NCBI GenBank assembly: GCA_965644265.1
Contig: OZ286474.1
Span: 59,148,001-59,212,000 of the forward strand
From: Glycera tridactyla
Lineage: Eukaryota
DNA length: 64,000 nucleotides
Direction: 5' to 3'
Shown here: in pieces, positions 62,986-64,000 of the stretch
Layout of the letters: the number at the start of each line of letters is the position of its first letter
How positions within the stretch are numbered: position 1 is the first letter of the stretch
Position numbers and translations under genes: made by a program
Notes under the pieces: model-generated
Databases searched by the model: none
What the model saw: only the letters and a program-made list of their open reading frames with translations
What the model was told of the DNA's origin: nothing

Positions 62986-64000
62986 TTCAATGACCACTGA
63001 CTCTCATCTCTGGATGCACGCCACGTGTGCTACACTGTATTACATGTCCTCTTGACCAGACTCCAGTATCACCATTGAGCAAGATTTGACGTTATCTAAT
63101 TTATGAGTCAGCAACAGAGGATGCTGGTGAGAACAAGGAGCGATCTGGTGGAGTCGGTCCATTCAGACACAGAAGCACCCTTGTCATGAGGATGTGGTCA
63201 GGCTCAGCTTTACAACTCCGATATTGGATTGAACCACTCACTGAAATCAAGTGGCTGCAGCCATGGCATACTCCACAACTGCCAGTAGTAGGGACTGGAG
63301 CAAGCAGAAGAGTATGACCGACATCATCGTCNNNNNNNNNNNNNNNNNNNNNNNNNNNNNNNNNNNNNNNNNNNNNNNNNNNNNNNNNNNNNNNNNNNNN
63401 NNNNNNNNNNNNNNNNNNNNNNNNNNNNNNNNNNNNNNNNNNNNNNNNNNNNNNNNNNNNNNNNNNNNNNNNNNNNNNNNNNNNNNNNNNNNNATAACAA
63501 CAACAACCCAGTCCCTGCCACCATCCATGTAACCACCATCACCACTATCACCACAACAGCAACCAATAACAGCAACAACATCACAATCACCACCACCCCA
63601 GCCCGCAATACCACATCACCGGCACCACAATCACCGTCTGTAATTCAACATGTACAGCCTATGCCTCCAAATCAGCCGGAAGCATAAGACCAATACAGCA
63701 GGATACACACCAGCATTCACGCGATCGGTACTATGTATAATATCACACACAGTATTCACTCGAAGGACATTGCCAGCAATAACGGGCACGATATACAATT
63801 CAGAGTACTAGCAAGTCATGGCGGTATAGAAGTCATACACATACCAAAGAATACCAACTGAGCGATTACACTCCTATATTTCATTACTGAACAAGTGCAT
63901 GAAATCATCAATTCAGTTTGTGCCCTCTATACACATCTCATACATTATGGACTTGGAAATGATGGGTTGAATTTTGGCCTTGTATATTGTCCTTTATTCC

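Noticed and set aside
294-64000. Dozens of track ORFs rich in I, L, S, T, V, D/E or HPSI
   Set aside because: They are translations of microsatellites or N-gaps, with no domain content
1-64000. CRISPR arrays, tRNA or rRNA genes, prokaryotic contamination
   Set aside because: None seen; spliceosomal introns and animal repeats occur throughout

Overview
Repeat-rich animal genomic DNA, probably from a marine invertebrate: spliceosomal introns, many microsatellites and eight N-gaps. One host gene is clearly recognisable, Ptf1a on the minus strand, with two coding exons; its C-terminal exon was not found in the window. Two young, nearly intact mobile elements dominate the middle. (1) A ~5.6-kb tyrosine-recombinase retrotransposon (DIRS order, Ngaro-like gene set, minus strand) with the order SGNH hydrolase - gag - RT/RNase H - YR. 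I found no long terminal repeats. Instead, an internal 18-nt sequence is the exact reverse complement of the junction that would form by joining its two ends. (2) A 5.3-kb Merlin (IS1016/IS1595-like) DNA transposon with 26-bp perfect TIRs and an 8-bp TSD. It carries a convergent spliced cargo gene that appears to encode two different proteins, one resembling the primase large-subunit C-terminal/PriX fold. The rest is MITEs, Helentron-like non-autonomous elements, decayed fragments and low-complexity DNA. Most ORFs in the supplied track are microsatellite or antisense artefacts. All homology calls come from motif recognition by eye, not from database searches.
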